Source: Massalongia carnosa (Eukaryota). Taken from it: a stretch of 64,000 nucleotides of DNA. The notes beneath the pieces were generated by a model that was not told where the DNA came from, did not search any database, and saw nothing but the letters and a program-made list of their open reading frames with translations. Location: positions 682,001 through 746,000 of the forward strand of contig OZ287071.1 in assembly GCA_965645245.1 (NCBI GenBank). Reading direction: 5' to 3'. Of the stretch, positions 24,501-38,500 are shown piece after piece. The first letter of the stretch is position 1. Each line of letters starts with the position of its first letter. The position numbers were made by a program, and so were the translations under genes.

Positions 24501-25380
24501 GCTGCAATCCCTGAAAAAGCCCTTTGGGCTTGGAACACTCCCGTACTTCTAAGCATGGTTGCTTGACAACAGAGAAGTCATTGCCTTTGAGCAGGATCGG
24601 CGCAATGCCTTGGGAGGAAAGGGACTGGCGAGACTGGCGCACATCTAAGAAGGCAGCACCTATGGCAACATGATCAGAGTTTGGGTACGTGTTCGTAAAA
24701 CGGGTTGCAGCCTTTGTGCTTAATATGCTTCATGATCGAAAAGAATCCCTGAAAATGCTACAAAGTCTGAACACCGCGACCGAACCTTTTCTGGTATTTT
24801 CAAAGAACTCAATAAGTCAACAAGCAATTGACTCAGCGTATGCAAAGTCCACGTCGTTTTGGCACGGAGACAAAAGATTGCCCCGAGGTTCTAACGAGAC
24901 GTTTAAAAACGACTTTCAATAAGCGGGTTTGTATGGACTGCTTCCACCCCAACGTCCAACTCCGGAGAGGGCCCAATTGGTGATCTCAATGCATTAATCG
25001 GATGATGAGTTATTTCTCCATCAATTAGGTGCACGCTCCAAGAGCAATCCACTACCAAGCTTCGCAAAGAATAACTACTGGATAACTACTGGAGTTGCAG
25101 AATCTTGAGTAAAGCTTGAGGGAAGACCTAGACCAAATGATCAAGGAGTTCCGGAACAATGTTGCTGCACCCAAATATGAGACTTCATCGTGCGCCATTA
25201 GTCTCACGATTGGTTTGCGCAGTTTTGGGTCCTGGATGGGTAGAGTGGAAAAGGTTCTGGTACATACATAAGGCCCGATCTGTTTGTCTGAGTCGAGCCT
25301 TTCATACCGGAAAATCAAGGGCCAAAGTACATAACTAGTAGACTGACGGATGAGGAATTGCTCTCTGTACATGTACACCA
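21600..25380 (-). pseudogene. Heavily degraded protein kinase + ankyrin-repeat gene
   Basis: Minus-strand fragments across frames. Kinase-like: HVAIGAAFLDVRQ, SVVKQP, LQILRHPLIQ*HANIVDFLEV (~24433-24497), ALGIECEKFGNLALF, KYWNA. Ankyrin-like: NHFEQAPLIATYRIGTMKVAQYLI, HGISLLRWLLAF...KGADPN (~23155-23255), GTPLDW (~23062-23080). Many stops and frameshifts; boundaries approximate. Confidence 0.65.
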
Positions 25381-25669
25381 CTATTATAGACTCGCCCGTT
25401 TAGGTGACACGGGTGAGTACTCTGTGCTACTTCGGCTCGGATAAACGTCTCGTTTAGATTCGCGCATAGGGCTATGGTTTTGCGTGCATTGAGCTTTCAG
25501 AATCAAAAGGTTCAATGATGCCATTCCTCGTCAGTTTAGCTCGTATGCACTACTCAAGGCAAAGCGAAAATAAATAAATTAGAACAAAGGGAAATAAATT
25601 ACAGAAATTCAAACTATTTCGCCACTCTTAGTCTCTTATCCACAATTACGGACCCCCCAGCGCATATCA

Positions 25670-26213
25670 TCAACGCCAAGGGTTTCCCACGCCACTGGGA
25701 CTCTGCCCAGGTCTTGGGAATACCGGTATAGTTTCCAGGTTCTCCAACCCACCCATGGAGCCTTGTCCTGCCTGCCAGCCTAGGCCCGTTTGATGGTGAG
25801 GAAAGTTACTTTGGCGGAAGGGATTTGTGCTCCCTGTTTGGGTTGGCATGAGAGGGGTAGAGGTAGGATGGGCGTGTACAGGGCTCCGCGCAAAGGGGTT
25901 GGTCGCCGTATGGGATGGTTGAAGGGGCTGAGGGGGAAACTGAGCTGTGTTTTGGGATTGAAGACGTGGCGATGTGAATGGCGGGGACTGGGTTTGGGGA
26001 GGTGGTGACATGAACGGCGTGCTTTGATTAGGTTGGCCAGAGGTGTGGGAGACGAGATTTTGGCCGAACGGGTTGGTGGATTGGTAGGCATGGGACGTAG
26101 GTAAAGGGGGGGCGGCACCTGTGAACGAGGATGGCGCGCCGCCTGTGTTTTGGGGCATAATAGACTGGCGGAATGGGTTAGTTGATTGAGGTTGTTGTCC
26201 AGAACTGACGGGA

Positions 26214-26248
<35 letters not shown>

Positions 26249-27938
26249 AAGAGGCGATGGTGCAAAGTTAGGGGTGGTATTCTGTTGCGCAAGGCCAGGA
26301 GAAAAGCCAGGCTGTTGATTATAGGCCTGTTGCGCGAAGCCGCTAAAGTTTGATCCGGTGAAGTTTTGCTGGGTGGATGGTGGGGGCTGAGGCTGGCCAA
26401 ACGCGTTACCGTTCGCCTTACTAGAGGGATCCATGGTTTGCTGCTGGAATTGATCGTTTTGGGTAGAAAAAATATGCGGTTGTGGAATCAATCCCGATAG
26501 CTGTGGTTGTTGCACTTGTTGTGATTGAAAAAACTGAGGCCCAGCTGCAATGACTGGGTTTTGCTGCTGATATTGCGTGACCGGTGGCTTTTGGTCCTTC
26601 TCAATGGAGTCAAAGAAGTCTATTAAGTCTGGTGCGGGACCTTTAGGCTCTGGTTTTGCCGGAGGGGGTGGAGGTTCTGTGGGATGTTGGAATGCCTGGC
26701 TGCTCTCCGGCCCCTTGCCGGCAGCAAACTTCGTAGCGTCACCCGAGAATTCACCATTTCCATTAACCGTGTTCTTTCGACCCTTTTTGGCCTCCTGCTG
26801 GGCTAGATATTGCCGTCTGTTGATCTCAAAGTCGGGGTCATTAAGATACTCTTCTAAGGAGCCTGTAAGACTTGTCGGGGCATGCTTTAGCTTTGGAATT
26901 TCCAGTCTCGTTGCATTTTCATAGGTTCTTGCAGTGCTTAGGTATTCAACTACCTGGTTCGTTTGTCTGCTAAAAGTCTTGTATATCGAAAGTGCCCGCT
27001 TCGCATCGAATTTAGACATTTCGAAATAATGCTCTGGCATAGAAAGATTAGCCCAGAAATTCTAGCTCTTACAGGACTCCAAGCTTACCGAGCACATTAA
27101 TGGTTCCTTCATTCATGACATGGAAAAGCACCATTAAGTCCATCGTCAACAACCGAAACGCCGTTAACGTGATTTCGTTTTCAGACTCGTTATTTAATAT
27201 CTGCACTAAACATCAGTAACACGGCAAAAAGCGGTAGAGCCAGTTACGAGAACCACTCACGTCACATTTCAACAGAGAAGAGATTTGACTCTGTACAGTT
27301 TCGGTCTCTCTCAGTAGCCCTTTGTCTACAGTTTGCCTCTTCAACCGCCCCTGTCCCTCTCTGACCCAATCAAGTCTTGTATCGCGGTATGCCTTTGCTC
27401 GTACCAACAAATAAGTATAGTAGTGCCTAATGTTGCTCCCTTGGACCTGAGCTGATTTCCATGCTTCGTCAGCACGACTTCAAGTAGATCCCTAACGCAT
27501 CCCATATTCCCTATCAACACGTTTTCCCTGCATAAGCTGCTCTCTATCAAGAAGAATTCGGAAAGCTCTCGACGAAGATGGTATCTCACGTACCGTCGGA
27601 GAAGTTGCTGATGGCTAGCTTAGATGGCGATTCCGCAAGATATTTCAGAGTCACCTTCGGCTCCCCTTCCCTTATCATAAAGTGGACAATGATGAGCGAT
27701 TTAAAGACAATAGTCCATGTCGAGTCTCTCAGCCTATTTTGCAAGGCTCGAAATATTTCCGCAACCCCAGCTTCTCCAGCATGTGTGGCAATCAGTATGT
27801 GTTCGACATATTTTGATTTAGGCGCTGCTAGCTAGACTCAGGCTGTCAGCAGCTTCATTCGAAGTGGCTGTAAGAAACAATGGCTCTTGCCTTTATTTTT
27901 GTCCCGCCCTTAACGGACTTTTCAAAAGAGCCAGACAT
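25670..27938 (-). CDS. YAP1801: ANTH/AP180 clathrin-assembly adaptor (Yap1801/2-like), 5 exons
   Basis: MSGSFEKSVKGGTKIK/LAAPKSKYVEHIL, STWTIVFKSLIIVHFMIREG, HYFEMSKFDA; clathrin-box-like DLIDFF; multiple NPF motifs; poly-Q (CAG repeat ~26217-26248). First intron 27832-27890 is GC-AG. Confidence 0.92.
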
Positions 27939-29403
27939 GATTATTCCTGGGTTGGGATGTTCTATCAAGGCATGTGACGAATACAGACCGATGTTCCACG
28001 CCGTTGCGGCAACTGAAGGATATTCGCTGTATAAATACTAGGCTAAAATCAGGAACTGCAGAGGTCAGCACATTCTTTCGCCTTTGGCGATGCAAGTCTA
28101 TCTGCCGGGCGGAAGCAGCTTGCAAGGTAAAAGTTAGTTGCAAAATCTGGGTGCCGGGCTTTGGGTAGGGTGATCAATCGCGCACGACTGCCATCGAGTC
28201 ATCTGCAGCGTCATTTTCTAGAAATATATGACATTGGCATTGTCAATTGCGTTGTAGCGCACTCGCTTTACTCTTAAGTCAACGAGGTTTGAGGAAGGAT
28301 GATGCGGGATCTTCATCGTGATGCTTGGCAAAACTGCGTATCGTCGGCTAGTCTTATGCGATGTATAAAAGTACGTGAGCTTTACAGCCTACATAATCTG
28401 AATTTAATGCACCAAATTCTAAAGGGTGATAGGTATGACTGAATATTGTGTTGTTGTTACGTCTGTTTCAACTATGAGAATTGAGTTGGTTGACTGTTGA
28501 CAGCGCTGAGGTTATTCTTCCGCTCAGCTATCAGGAGACTCAGCAACTCTTCCCAGAGTCTCTAGTGCGCCGGCGGATGAGTTGTGACATTCTAGATGTA
28601 GAATACCAAATCCAGGCAAAGCGGAGGATAAGCCGAAGGCGGTAAAGCATCGATTCAGATGGCAATTAAATTTATGTACAGAGCCAAATCCATTCTCCTT
28701 GTGCACAACTGCCTCACATACAAGACACCCGTCATTCATCAAAAAGTAATCAGTTTATACCTTCAAGTCCAACTATCAGAGATGCCTTCATCGCGTCCGT
28801 TAAAGTAACAAGATTGGTGTGCCGAACGCCTATTTCACTCTTCCTCCCTCCACCAACTGGCTAGCCACTTAAGCCCTGGGAAGGGAGAGCTGCCAGCCGA
28901 GGTTGGGAAGAATCATTGTCATATGTCACACTCTAGGCTTTCATCATCTATAACACATGTCAGTTCCAGATTGCTGGCATGGAAGGAGAGTTGACTAGAC
29001 CCACTTGTTTAAACTTGGAAGGATGAGGAGCACAATATGTTAAGCAGAAAATTTTATCATAAGCCACAAGAGGACGCTAGTCTGTCTTAGACATAGCTTA
29101 CTTTAGTCGGCATATCAAAACTACCTTACTATTCTGTAAATAGTATTACGACATACCAATCAGTCTTAGAGATACTCCCACGTTACTAACTTAATAAGAT
29201 GTGATATTAATTCTTATACCTATTCAACAATATGTGTGTAAAGCAATTCATAGAGACAAATACCCATCAGTTTACTACGCTACTCCACTTCTCCAATTTA
29301 TTTGGAATTTTCAGTTAGAGGCTTCACTCTTGGCTTTTATATAGCAGAATCCGGCAAACTTAAGCTGGTTTCCCCAGAATTCGCAAAAAACTGTGTACTT
29401 TCT

Positions 29404-31645
29404 ATGTCAACTTCCAAAGCTCTTCGGGCCTGTCATCATGCTCAAGCAAGTTACGTGGAGATTTCATTTTTTTTTCGTTCGTCTCGTGCAACGACTCTAG
29501 GTGCTAGATGTGGCCACCGGCGTACACCAATCAGTTTTTCATCGCCAGCATGCAGCCAGCAAACAAGACGACGTATACATCAATTGAAAGACGTGCGATA
29601 TGCAGAGGAAGATCGTGGAGGAACTCCTGAGATGCTTGAAAGCTATATTGATTCGAGTATGTCTAAAATCCTCCTAGGGACATTCCACAAGGCCTTTGTA
29701 CAAAACTGTCTCAACTCATGTGTGTATAAAATTAGTGACTTTCCCGCAAGCAACCCATGAGATCTGTGACCTGGCAAAGCTTGCGCCAACCCGGCAAACT
29801 TCTGTCGTTCTTCATGGATATCTTGGTGCATCTGTCAATCTCTCCAAACACTTATTCGTGGTACCACTTGTGAGTAAAGATCTGGATTGTAGCGTTCAAA
29901 TAATTTCTCCAGCTCGGACTCCCGCAGGAAGTCCTCTTACTGTTCATGAGAAACTAAAATCCCTCCGCCCTCATACTCCTGTTGCACTGAGGGGTAATCT
30001 AAAGGTCAGGATACCTCCAGAAGGTACAGATATTGAGTCTACAAAGAAGATCAAAACCGTGGAGGTTCAAGTTTCAATCGTGCAACGACTCAATAGCTTC
30101 CCTTGCGACATTCTCGTAACTCCAGCCATTGTGTTTCCCCCTGAACAACGCCATCTTCAGCTACGAACTGAACAGGGGCTTCGAGACGCCCTTGTTGTTC
30201 GAGCAAAAGTTGCGAGGATCTGCAGAGACGAGTTGGGCGAAAAGCATGGTTTCACAGAAGTAGAGACACCGCTTCTATTCAAATCGACTCCTGAAGGGGC
30301 GAGAGAGTTTATTATACCCACGAGAAGGAAAGGGCTGGCTTACGCTCTGCCTCAGAGTCCGCAGCAATTCAAACAGATACTCATGGCGAGTGGCATATCA
30401 AAGTACTACCAGTTTGCAAAGTGCTTTCGTGACGAAGACTTGCGCGCAGACAGGCAACCTGAATTTACTCAGGTAAGCATTACACTCAGCGCTCGGATCG
30501 GTACATTTAGAAGATACTTATCCGTGCTCTTACAGCTTGACTTGGAAATGTCTTTTGCCACCGGAGCTGATGTTATGAATTGCGTGGAGGCCCTTACGCG
30601 AAGATTATGGAAAGAAGTTCTTAACGTAGAGCTGCCAACGCCATTTCCAAGGATGGGCTACGAAAAAGCCATGCTAACTTATGGCTCCGACAAACCAGAC
30701 CCGCGTCTGGGAATGCCCATAACAATAATTCACCACCTTCCCCCTGACCTCATCAGGAAAATCAGCCCTCTCAATACTCCAATCATTGAAGCATTAGTCT
30801 TCCCTGCAGGAAAGGCTACCAATGGCAACCCAGCCCGTACCCGTACCTTCACCAAAACCTTCCTCGACTCCCCCGCCGCCGCCCCATTCCACTCTAACCC
30901 CTCTGGCGGCCCCGGAATCTTCATAATTGACCCAATGAAACCGCTCCAGGGCCTGCAGGCCCTCGGCTTCGAAGCCTCCTCTTCCATCACCTCTACGCTA
31001 GCTCTCCAAGCTGGCGACCTACTCGTCCTTCAAGCCCGCCCCAACAGCCCCCTTTCCGGAAGCTCCACACCACTTGGTGCCCTCCGCTTAGCTCTCCACA
31101 AAGCTGGTGTCGATGCCTCCTTCCTTTCCCCCCTTACTGGCTTCTTCCCCCTGTGGATCACGCACTTCCCCCTCTTCACTCCCTCCTCTTCTTCCACTAC
31201 CAATACCCAACTCCTAACCTCTACCCACCACCCCTTCACATCACCCCATACCCCCAACGATGTATCCATCCTCTCTACCCAACCCCACCTCGCCCTAGCC
31301 GACCATTACGACCTCGTCCTGAACGGCGTCGAGCTTGGCGGCGGCAGCCGCCGTATCCACCACGCGCCTCTCCAACTATACATCTTACGGGACATTCTCC
31401 AGCTCCCACCGGCACGCCTAGCCGAGTTCGCACACCTGGTCGAGGTCCTGCGCGCGGGGTGTCCGCCGCACGCGGGCATGGCGCTGGGGTTCGACCGCTT
31501 GGTGGCGGTGATGCTTGGGCGGAGGAGCGTGCGGGACGTGATTGCTTTCCCGAAAAGTGGGAGGGGGGAGGACGGGTTGGTGAAGAGCCCCGGGAGGATG
31601 GGGGAGGAGGTGCTGGAGAGGTATCATTTGATGATTAGGGAATGA
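29404..31645 (+). CDS. MSD1: Mitochondrial aspartyl-tRNA synthetase (bacterial-type AspRS)
   Basis: ETPLLFKSTPEGAREF, YALPQSPQQFKQILM, CFRDEDLRADRQPEFTQ/LDLEMSF, YGSDKPD, STHHPFT, YDLVLNGVELGGGSRRIH, PPHAGMALGFDRL. Arg/Ser-rich presequence. Two short 5' introns and one at ~30473-30535. Confidence 0.95.
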
Positions 31646-32539
31646 GAGGCAGAGAGGCGGAGGAGAGGGGAGATGGGGTAATGGAAATTTTGCTGCGGGA
31701 AGAAGGGAAAGATGGTTGGGGATGAGTTGTATTTGTATATAGATAGGTATGTTTAGGAGAGGCTCGCTAAGGCCAACAGAGGCGGAATAGCCCCTTATGT
31801 ATTATACATATGTATAGGTTGTATTGAATAAACACATCTACTCATCTCTTCCTCCATACAACCTTACGTGCATGTATACTATCCCGTTAGAGCAAAACGA
31901 CGAGAGAAAAACAGACTAGACTCCTCTACTCCCATCCTATCTCCTGCCACTCTTCCTTCCCCAGCCCAGTATTCGCTGCTAGCGCCCATATGGGAAACGA
32001 AACAGACCTGATGTGTGCAATAAAGCTTACACCATTTATCCAGCACCGCATTGCACGGCACGTAGGCCGCCATAGGTGTTCCTTCCAAACCCAACTACTG
32101 GGAAATAGAGGAAGGAAGGAAGAGTATAACCTTCCTGAAAGAAACTAAATTGGAAGGGGGAAAGCAAGATGGAAGCAAGTTATGTGGATGTATGGATAGA
32201 ACGTATGTAGATGTACGTAGGCGTGAGTTGATATTAAGTAATATACGTTAAGAGCGAGAACTGATTTCCCGTTATGTTTGTTTCCAGCTAGTTTGACCCG
32301 TGAGGATCCTACTCTTTCGCTACCTCTTTTCTATCCATTCCGCCCCCCTTCTCCTACCCCCATTCCATCCGCGCATAATCTATACAATCTACCCTTCTCA
32401 GGATTTTCCTATACCTTTCGAACCTTCATCCTAGTGGGGCATTTTCCGTTAAGACATTACATTAACCATTACTATCGTCATCGTCATTATGAGTCGCGTG
32501 ATTCCTATCCCAAATATAATAAGACAGACGTCTTGAAAT

Positions 32540-35500
32540 TTACGGAACGCGCACAAGTTCAGCTTCAGCCTCGCCATCTTTGGATTCGTCGCGATCGTCG
32601 AGCCGGAGAGGGCGAGTTTCGACTTGTTGTGCTTTGAACTGATGCCAGCAGCTGGAGTTTTCCTGAGTTAGCGCTTGCTTGGAGATCAATTTTAATACCG
32701 GGATAAGAAGCAAGAAATAAGTTTCTGACTCACTTTGGCGCTTCGAGAACATATCTACCCATCGCCTCCCGGAACCTATTTTTATATTCCCTCGGACTTG
32801 TCACCGTTGGCCGATTCTTACCGCGGTCTTTGATCCAAGTTTCGAGCTTCTTATCCCATGTGTAGGTGCGAATGCAATCGATAATGCCGATAACGAGTTC
32901 CTTTCTGTTCTCATCTATGGCTATCATGAGCGAGTAATCCATGACATTCTGTCGGGATAAGAACAGGGTATCGTTCCACACGCTCGCGCGAAGGATACGC
33001 TTGGAATGCTCGCGCGAGAAGAGAGGGGACTCGTAGATGAATTCGACCATGTTTTCATCAAGGAGGACTTCGTTTTGCTCGCCCGTGGACTGAATGCGGC
33101 GGTTTCGCATCGAGCCCTTAAGATCGAAGATGCGAGTTGGGGAACGGTCATAGAAGAGGTTCTCCATGACAAGCAGGAACCAGTTGAACTCGATGCTAGT
33201 GGCGGGATTCTTGATGATGATCTGGTAAAATCCTAGCATTTTGGCAATAACGGAGGGTAGCTCATGGAAGAGGGCTTCGGACATGATCCGAAAGTATGCG
33301 GGTGCAAAACGGAGGAAAGCTTGTGTCTCGATGGGAGAGAGCGACTTCAGGACGAATCGGTCGTCCAGTGTCTTAAGAAAGACACTCTTCGTCTTCCCGC
33401 CTTTCGAATCCCACTTCAAGCAGCGGGATAATGATTCCACGATGCGCTCATCGACACCGCATTTCCTGCGTACGGCATCGAACTGTTCTGCAAAAAAGAC
33501 TTTGCAGAGCATTTTCGCAGAGCCCTCCTGAAATTGGTATTTGAGGTGGGTTCCCGTGGAGCGGAGAAGGCAGCGTTCTACCTCCAGCTGCTCATCGGTG
33601 TCCAATATTGAATCTTCGCGAACACCCTTTTCTTGTCTACGGTAACGGCTTGCAAAGTTCTCGGATATGCTACGGAGCTTTGCCTGGTAATCTTTAGACC
33701 CCAAAGCAAAGGCTATAAGTGAGCTGGGTTCATCCTCGCGGACTATGATATCTGAGTCGGCAAATATATGATCGGACGCGTTAAGAGGATAATCTAACGG
33801 CTGCCACCCACTGGCTGATCGCTCTGCCCAGAAATTCGTTAGCAATTTCATAAGAGAGCTCTTCTCATGTTTTGGTAAGTCAAGCTTTAAGTCAAGTTGA
33901 GCTTCTGAGGGGGAGTGTATTTGATGATCTCCTGCCGTGCCAGGAATTTCATTGTCGTCTAGAATAGAACGTTCCTCGTCACTTCGAGTTCCTTCACCTT
34001 CTACGTCGGACGCTAGCCGGCTATCAAGATTGTTGGTCTCTTCTGTCTCTGTCGTTTCGGCAGTGGTGTCCTCTTGGTGGGATCCTTCTGGCGGCGGTCG
34101 AGCGTCTACTGTGCTTTGATTATTGTTGACGGTGTTAAGCGACTTATCATGATCATCATAGGATTGCCTAGGGGATGATAGCTCCTCATCAGACGGGTCG
34201 CGCTCCTCTACAGCTTCACGTACGTTACGGTAAATCTCTACTATTGGTCTTGATGCCGCCATAGGATGTGCTCTTGCATGTCTACTTTTAGCAGCGCGTT
34301 GTCGCCGTTCTCGGATGCGCTCTTTCTCAAATTCGCGGCTCAGCTGCTCAAAATGTTTAGCTAGGTTTGAAACGTTTGAATCCTTTCTCCTGTTCGTTAC
34401 TGATCTTGGAATCATAGAGTGGTTGGATCCACCAGCTGATTTCAGGACAGTAAGTCCAAGTCTCTCGGATAGTTTCTTTTCCAGAGGCTTTGCAGTACCA
34501 ATAGTTGAAACAGTACTCGCCATTTCACCGAGTCTTCTAGCTTGAATAGTAGAACCTGAGGTCTGTGGCAATGTGAAAGATGACTGGTTATGACTTAGTT
34601 TATCCCCTTGCACATATAAAGGTTGAGACTGTGCCCGGTACAGTGGTGGAGATATGTTTAACACTTTACTGCGACTGAGAAGATCAGAAGGTCTAGGAAT
34701 ACCAGATAGCTGAGAGTGAACGAGCGAATTTGAGCTCTTTGGCGTCGAATCCACAATTGATACGATTTCGTTGTCCGTTATACTTACATCCAGTTTAGGA
34801 GTTGATGAAAGCTTTGCATCGCCTCCTTGATCCATGACAGACTCGTCTTCCCTGGCTGATGCTGTTGGACAGATCGTTCTAAGAGAGGTATAAATCTCGT
34901 CTGGCGTTTTCTCAGTCGAAGCAATAGCAAGGTCCAGGTGCTGAATGTCCTCAAGACCGGAGACTTGTCGACTTATTGGGGTCATTTCGGGTTGGACAAC
35001 TGGTACGCTTGTGGCAGGGGCACTCTTGTGGTAGTCGAGTTGACCTGCATCTGGCGATCCAGGCTCAAGAACATGTTTTTTAATAACAGAGCTTAAAAGA
35101 TCGTTGGCTTTTTCTGGACTTATCGATCGAGTGTGCGGAATCAACACTGACGTATCATCCATATTTGTTTTCTCATTGACATACTCGTCCGGGATGGAAG
35201 AAGTTGAGCTCTCTTCTGTTGAGTTTACGGATGTTGTTGATTCATCTCGATCTAGAAATATTTTCTTTAGTTGAAGCGTTGTCAATCGTCGAATGTCCTT
35301 TTCCGAAGGGAAGAAGTTACGATCGAACTCTGCAAATGCAATATCCCATTCGGCAACTTTTTCTTGTGTGGCTCTCAACGCCTGGTTCAATGGAATGATT
35401 TCGTAGTGTTTTGAGTTCATATATAAGTCCTGCAAAGTCTGAACAAGGCCTTGATGTTCGTCGCAGGCACGCTTGCGAAGGTGCTCAACTTCTTGTTTAC

Positions 35501-38500
35501 AACTCTCAGTCTTGGCTGGTATAACACTTTCTACCTTGATACTCTTAATCCGAGCTTTTACCGATACCATATATTTATTCAGTCGTTCCTCAATTCTTGC
35601 AAAAAGCTCATTTTTAAACCGTAGATCATTATCCACCTTCCAGGTGACTCTAGCTCGAGGAACGATAATTTCCAAAAGATTTATCGGGTCATATTGCAGC
35701 CGCAAAGCAAGGTCCTGGAATCCAAAATACCTTAAGTGGTCTCGGTGAAGGTCATGAGGACAAATATCCGCCCTGGCACGGAGCTTGCTGCTCCAGAAGG
35801 ATAGCTCTAGATACTTTCCAAAGGAGTATTTCCATGAATTTTCAGACATGGGCATAACTTGGCACTCTGCGCCGCAAATTCTACAGCAGCTCCACATCAA
35901 AATCGTATTTTGTAACCCTCTTAATCTGCAAGGGTAACGCTCAACGAAAACGCTGACCTGGGCCTCCTCATGAACATATTGTCTGTGATGATCCAGCATT
36001 TTTCTCTCGCATCCATTAGCAGTGCATACCGTATTTGCCCCAAGGCACAAATCTTCAACATACTGTCCCAATGTACAGTCCGCCTCAAACTCTTCATCTA
36101 TTTCATGTTCATTGTAAAAACTCAAGGCTAGTAAATCGGGTCCTGAGCACGGCACAGTCGTGACAGTACAGACGACGCTATACAAAACTGCAATATTTTG
36201 ATGCTCGTAAGGATCGAACATGTTGATACTTCCTGCAATGTATGCTTCCCACTGTTTAGTATGAGTCTTGTAGTTGTATAAGGCTTTGTCATATTCGGCG
36301 TCATGAACAGCGTGGATAACCTCCCGAACCTTCTTGGATGCTCCCCGTATCGTTTCATGTATCATCTCTGGCTTGATAAGGTCAAACTTCTGAGGTTCAG
36401 ACTTCTCATCTTCATTAAGCTCATCTAGAACATCCTGGTCTTTCAAACGTTTAAGGTACTCCAATCGCCTTTCCTGCTCTCGAGCTCGCATTAAAAGGTA
36501 CGGTTGTGCAAACTTCACAAAAGGAGAGGCCGAGAGAATCTTGGTTTTATGCTGTTCAACCATATCACCATAGAATGTTGGCATGGGAACGTCGTCTGGC
36601 ACTCCGGCATCAGATTGGACGTTATCAGAATCCTGCCTGCTCGATTGGTCGATAACATCTTCCCCATGTTCTTCTGCGGAACTTGGTATACTATTTCTTC
36701 GCACATTACTGGGCGCCTTGACTGCATCATTTTGGACAGCCAAGATGGGTTGGGCTTCCTGTAAGCTTTTCATGACAGGCTCTTGTCCTAACACAAGTAA
36801 CGTAGTGTCGTTCGAGGAGGGGATAAGCGCAAATTCATCCCTCATTAAACATGTCTCTAATTTGAGGTTATACACCACATAAACCATAAATTCCGTGACT
36901 CGCTTGATCTTAGCTAGAATCTCGTCCTCCGCTCCTCGAAGTACAATTGTGCAGCCAAGTTCTTTCGCGCAACCCGACAAGAACATGTAAGTCTTCTTTT
37001 TCCCATCGTGTACGTAGGTCTTCAAGTAGAAATTTTCGCACTTGCCAGTATAGGCAGGTTTAATCGCCAGCTTATCGATGGAGGAGACGATTCTAGTTTG
37101 GGTACATCGGGAAACAGCTTCAAGAACAGAAGCTTTAACATTGTAAGCGGTTGCTATTTTTGCTTGTTCTAGAAACTCCAGAGCCAGCCCGGATACGTTG
37201 CGTTGGACCAGCAGAAGCTGAGGGTGTAAAGCAGCTATACGGTTTACAAGGTTATGCAAAAATTCTCGTTCCTGGCGAATGACTGGCTCAAGACTCATGA
37301 AATGTTGTTGATGACGGGCGTACTCTAGAGGAAAGGTTAAGATTAAAATATTGGGATGCGGAATACTCCGAGGCATTGACTTTAAAGCAAGGTTTTTGGT
37401 AAAGACAAGGCCAGAGACGTAGGAAGTATCGCCAGGACGACCTCCCGGTATCTTCTTTAGCTTAACATAATGCCTAATATCAATGTCGTCACCCTTTAGA
37501 ACGTCTGGATTGACGTCATCGGTCGACTGTAATAGAATAGGTATAAGTGCCCTCTCCCAGCTGGCAACACTTGGGATATGAGCATCCTGGAGAAGTTGCC
37601 GAAGAAGTTTTCGAACATGCTGTAGGCTTGCGTTGTTCAGCTCGACCGCGGGTGCAGAAGCACCTCGCATGGATGAACTCCTTATCACCCGGGAACTTGG
37701 AGTAGAAATGGTGGATGAAAGCATTTGGGAAAGCCCAGAGTTGCTAGTACTCTCATGCAAATTCATCCCCATCGCTGGCATAACTCCATTAGCACGATGG
37801 CTTCTCGGCGAGGGTCGCAGATGTAAATTGCTAGCGACGCTAAGGTTACGCCTTTTAGAGCTACGGGGCAAATTCAGGGGCCTCAAACTGCTCAGGCTGT
37901 TGTTATCCGTATCCCTGACTGGAAATGCGGCACCGCTGATACTCTTTTCCCCAATCCTAGACCGCCCTTTTTTAGACGAGGATAAAAGTCCATTTAGGCC
38001 GTGCCTCTCATTGTCGTAGCTTCTCGAACCATCTCCGTTTATAGCAGACATAATGCTCACTTGTTCATCACCGCTGGACGCTTCATCAGACAAAAAGGGA
38101 GCGAGATCAGGATCAATGATATTATCATCATGAAAAGTTGGGAGCCGGCTTTGTTTTCCTCTCTCGTCTGCAGGATTTCGGTGAAAAGGGGCGCTCTCGT
38201 CGCCAGCAGCTTTGAAGCTGCGTAGATTCTGATGTCGAGAGTTATAGCGCCGGTGACCAGATGTATATGGTCTGTTGCCCATGGACGATTTCAAAGATCT
38301 TGATGAAGATGGACGAAGAAGGGTCCGTTCAGCATCAATTTCGAGGACCGCCTTTCTGTGCAACTCACCGGCTGCACGTCTTGTTGCGGGGATTGCCATG
38401 GTTGGAATAGTCAGATCCGAACGCCTTGGACTTTGACGAAACTCTTCAGCGAGTGGTGTGCTTGATCGTGACCCGGGGCTTGCCAGGGCGTCGCTTGCAC

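Noticed and set aside
28480..29000. Minus-strand stretch with intron-like signals between YAP1801 and MSD1
   Set aside because: All frames are interrupted and no family motif is recognisable.
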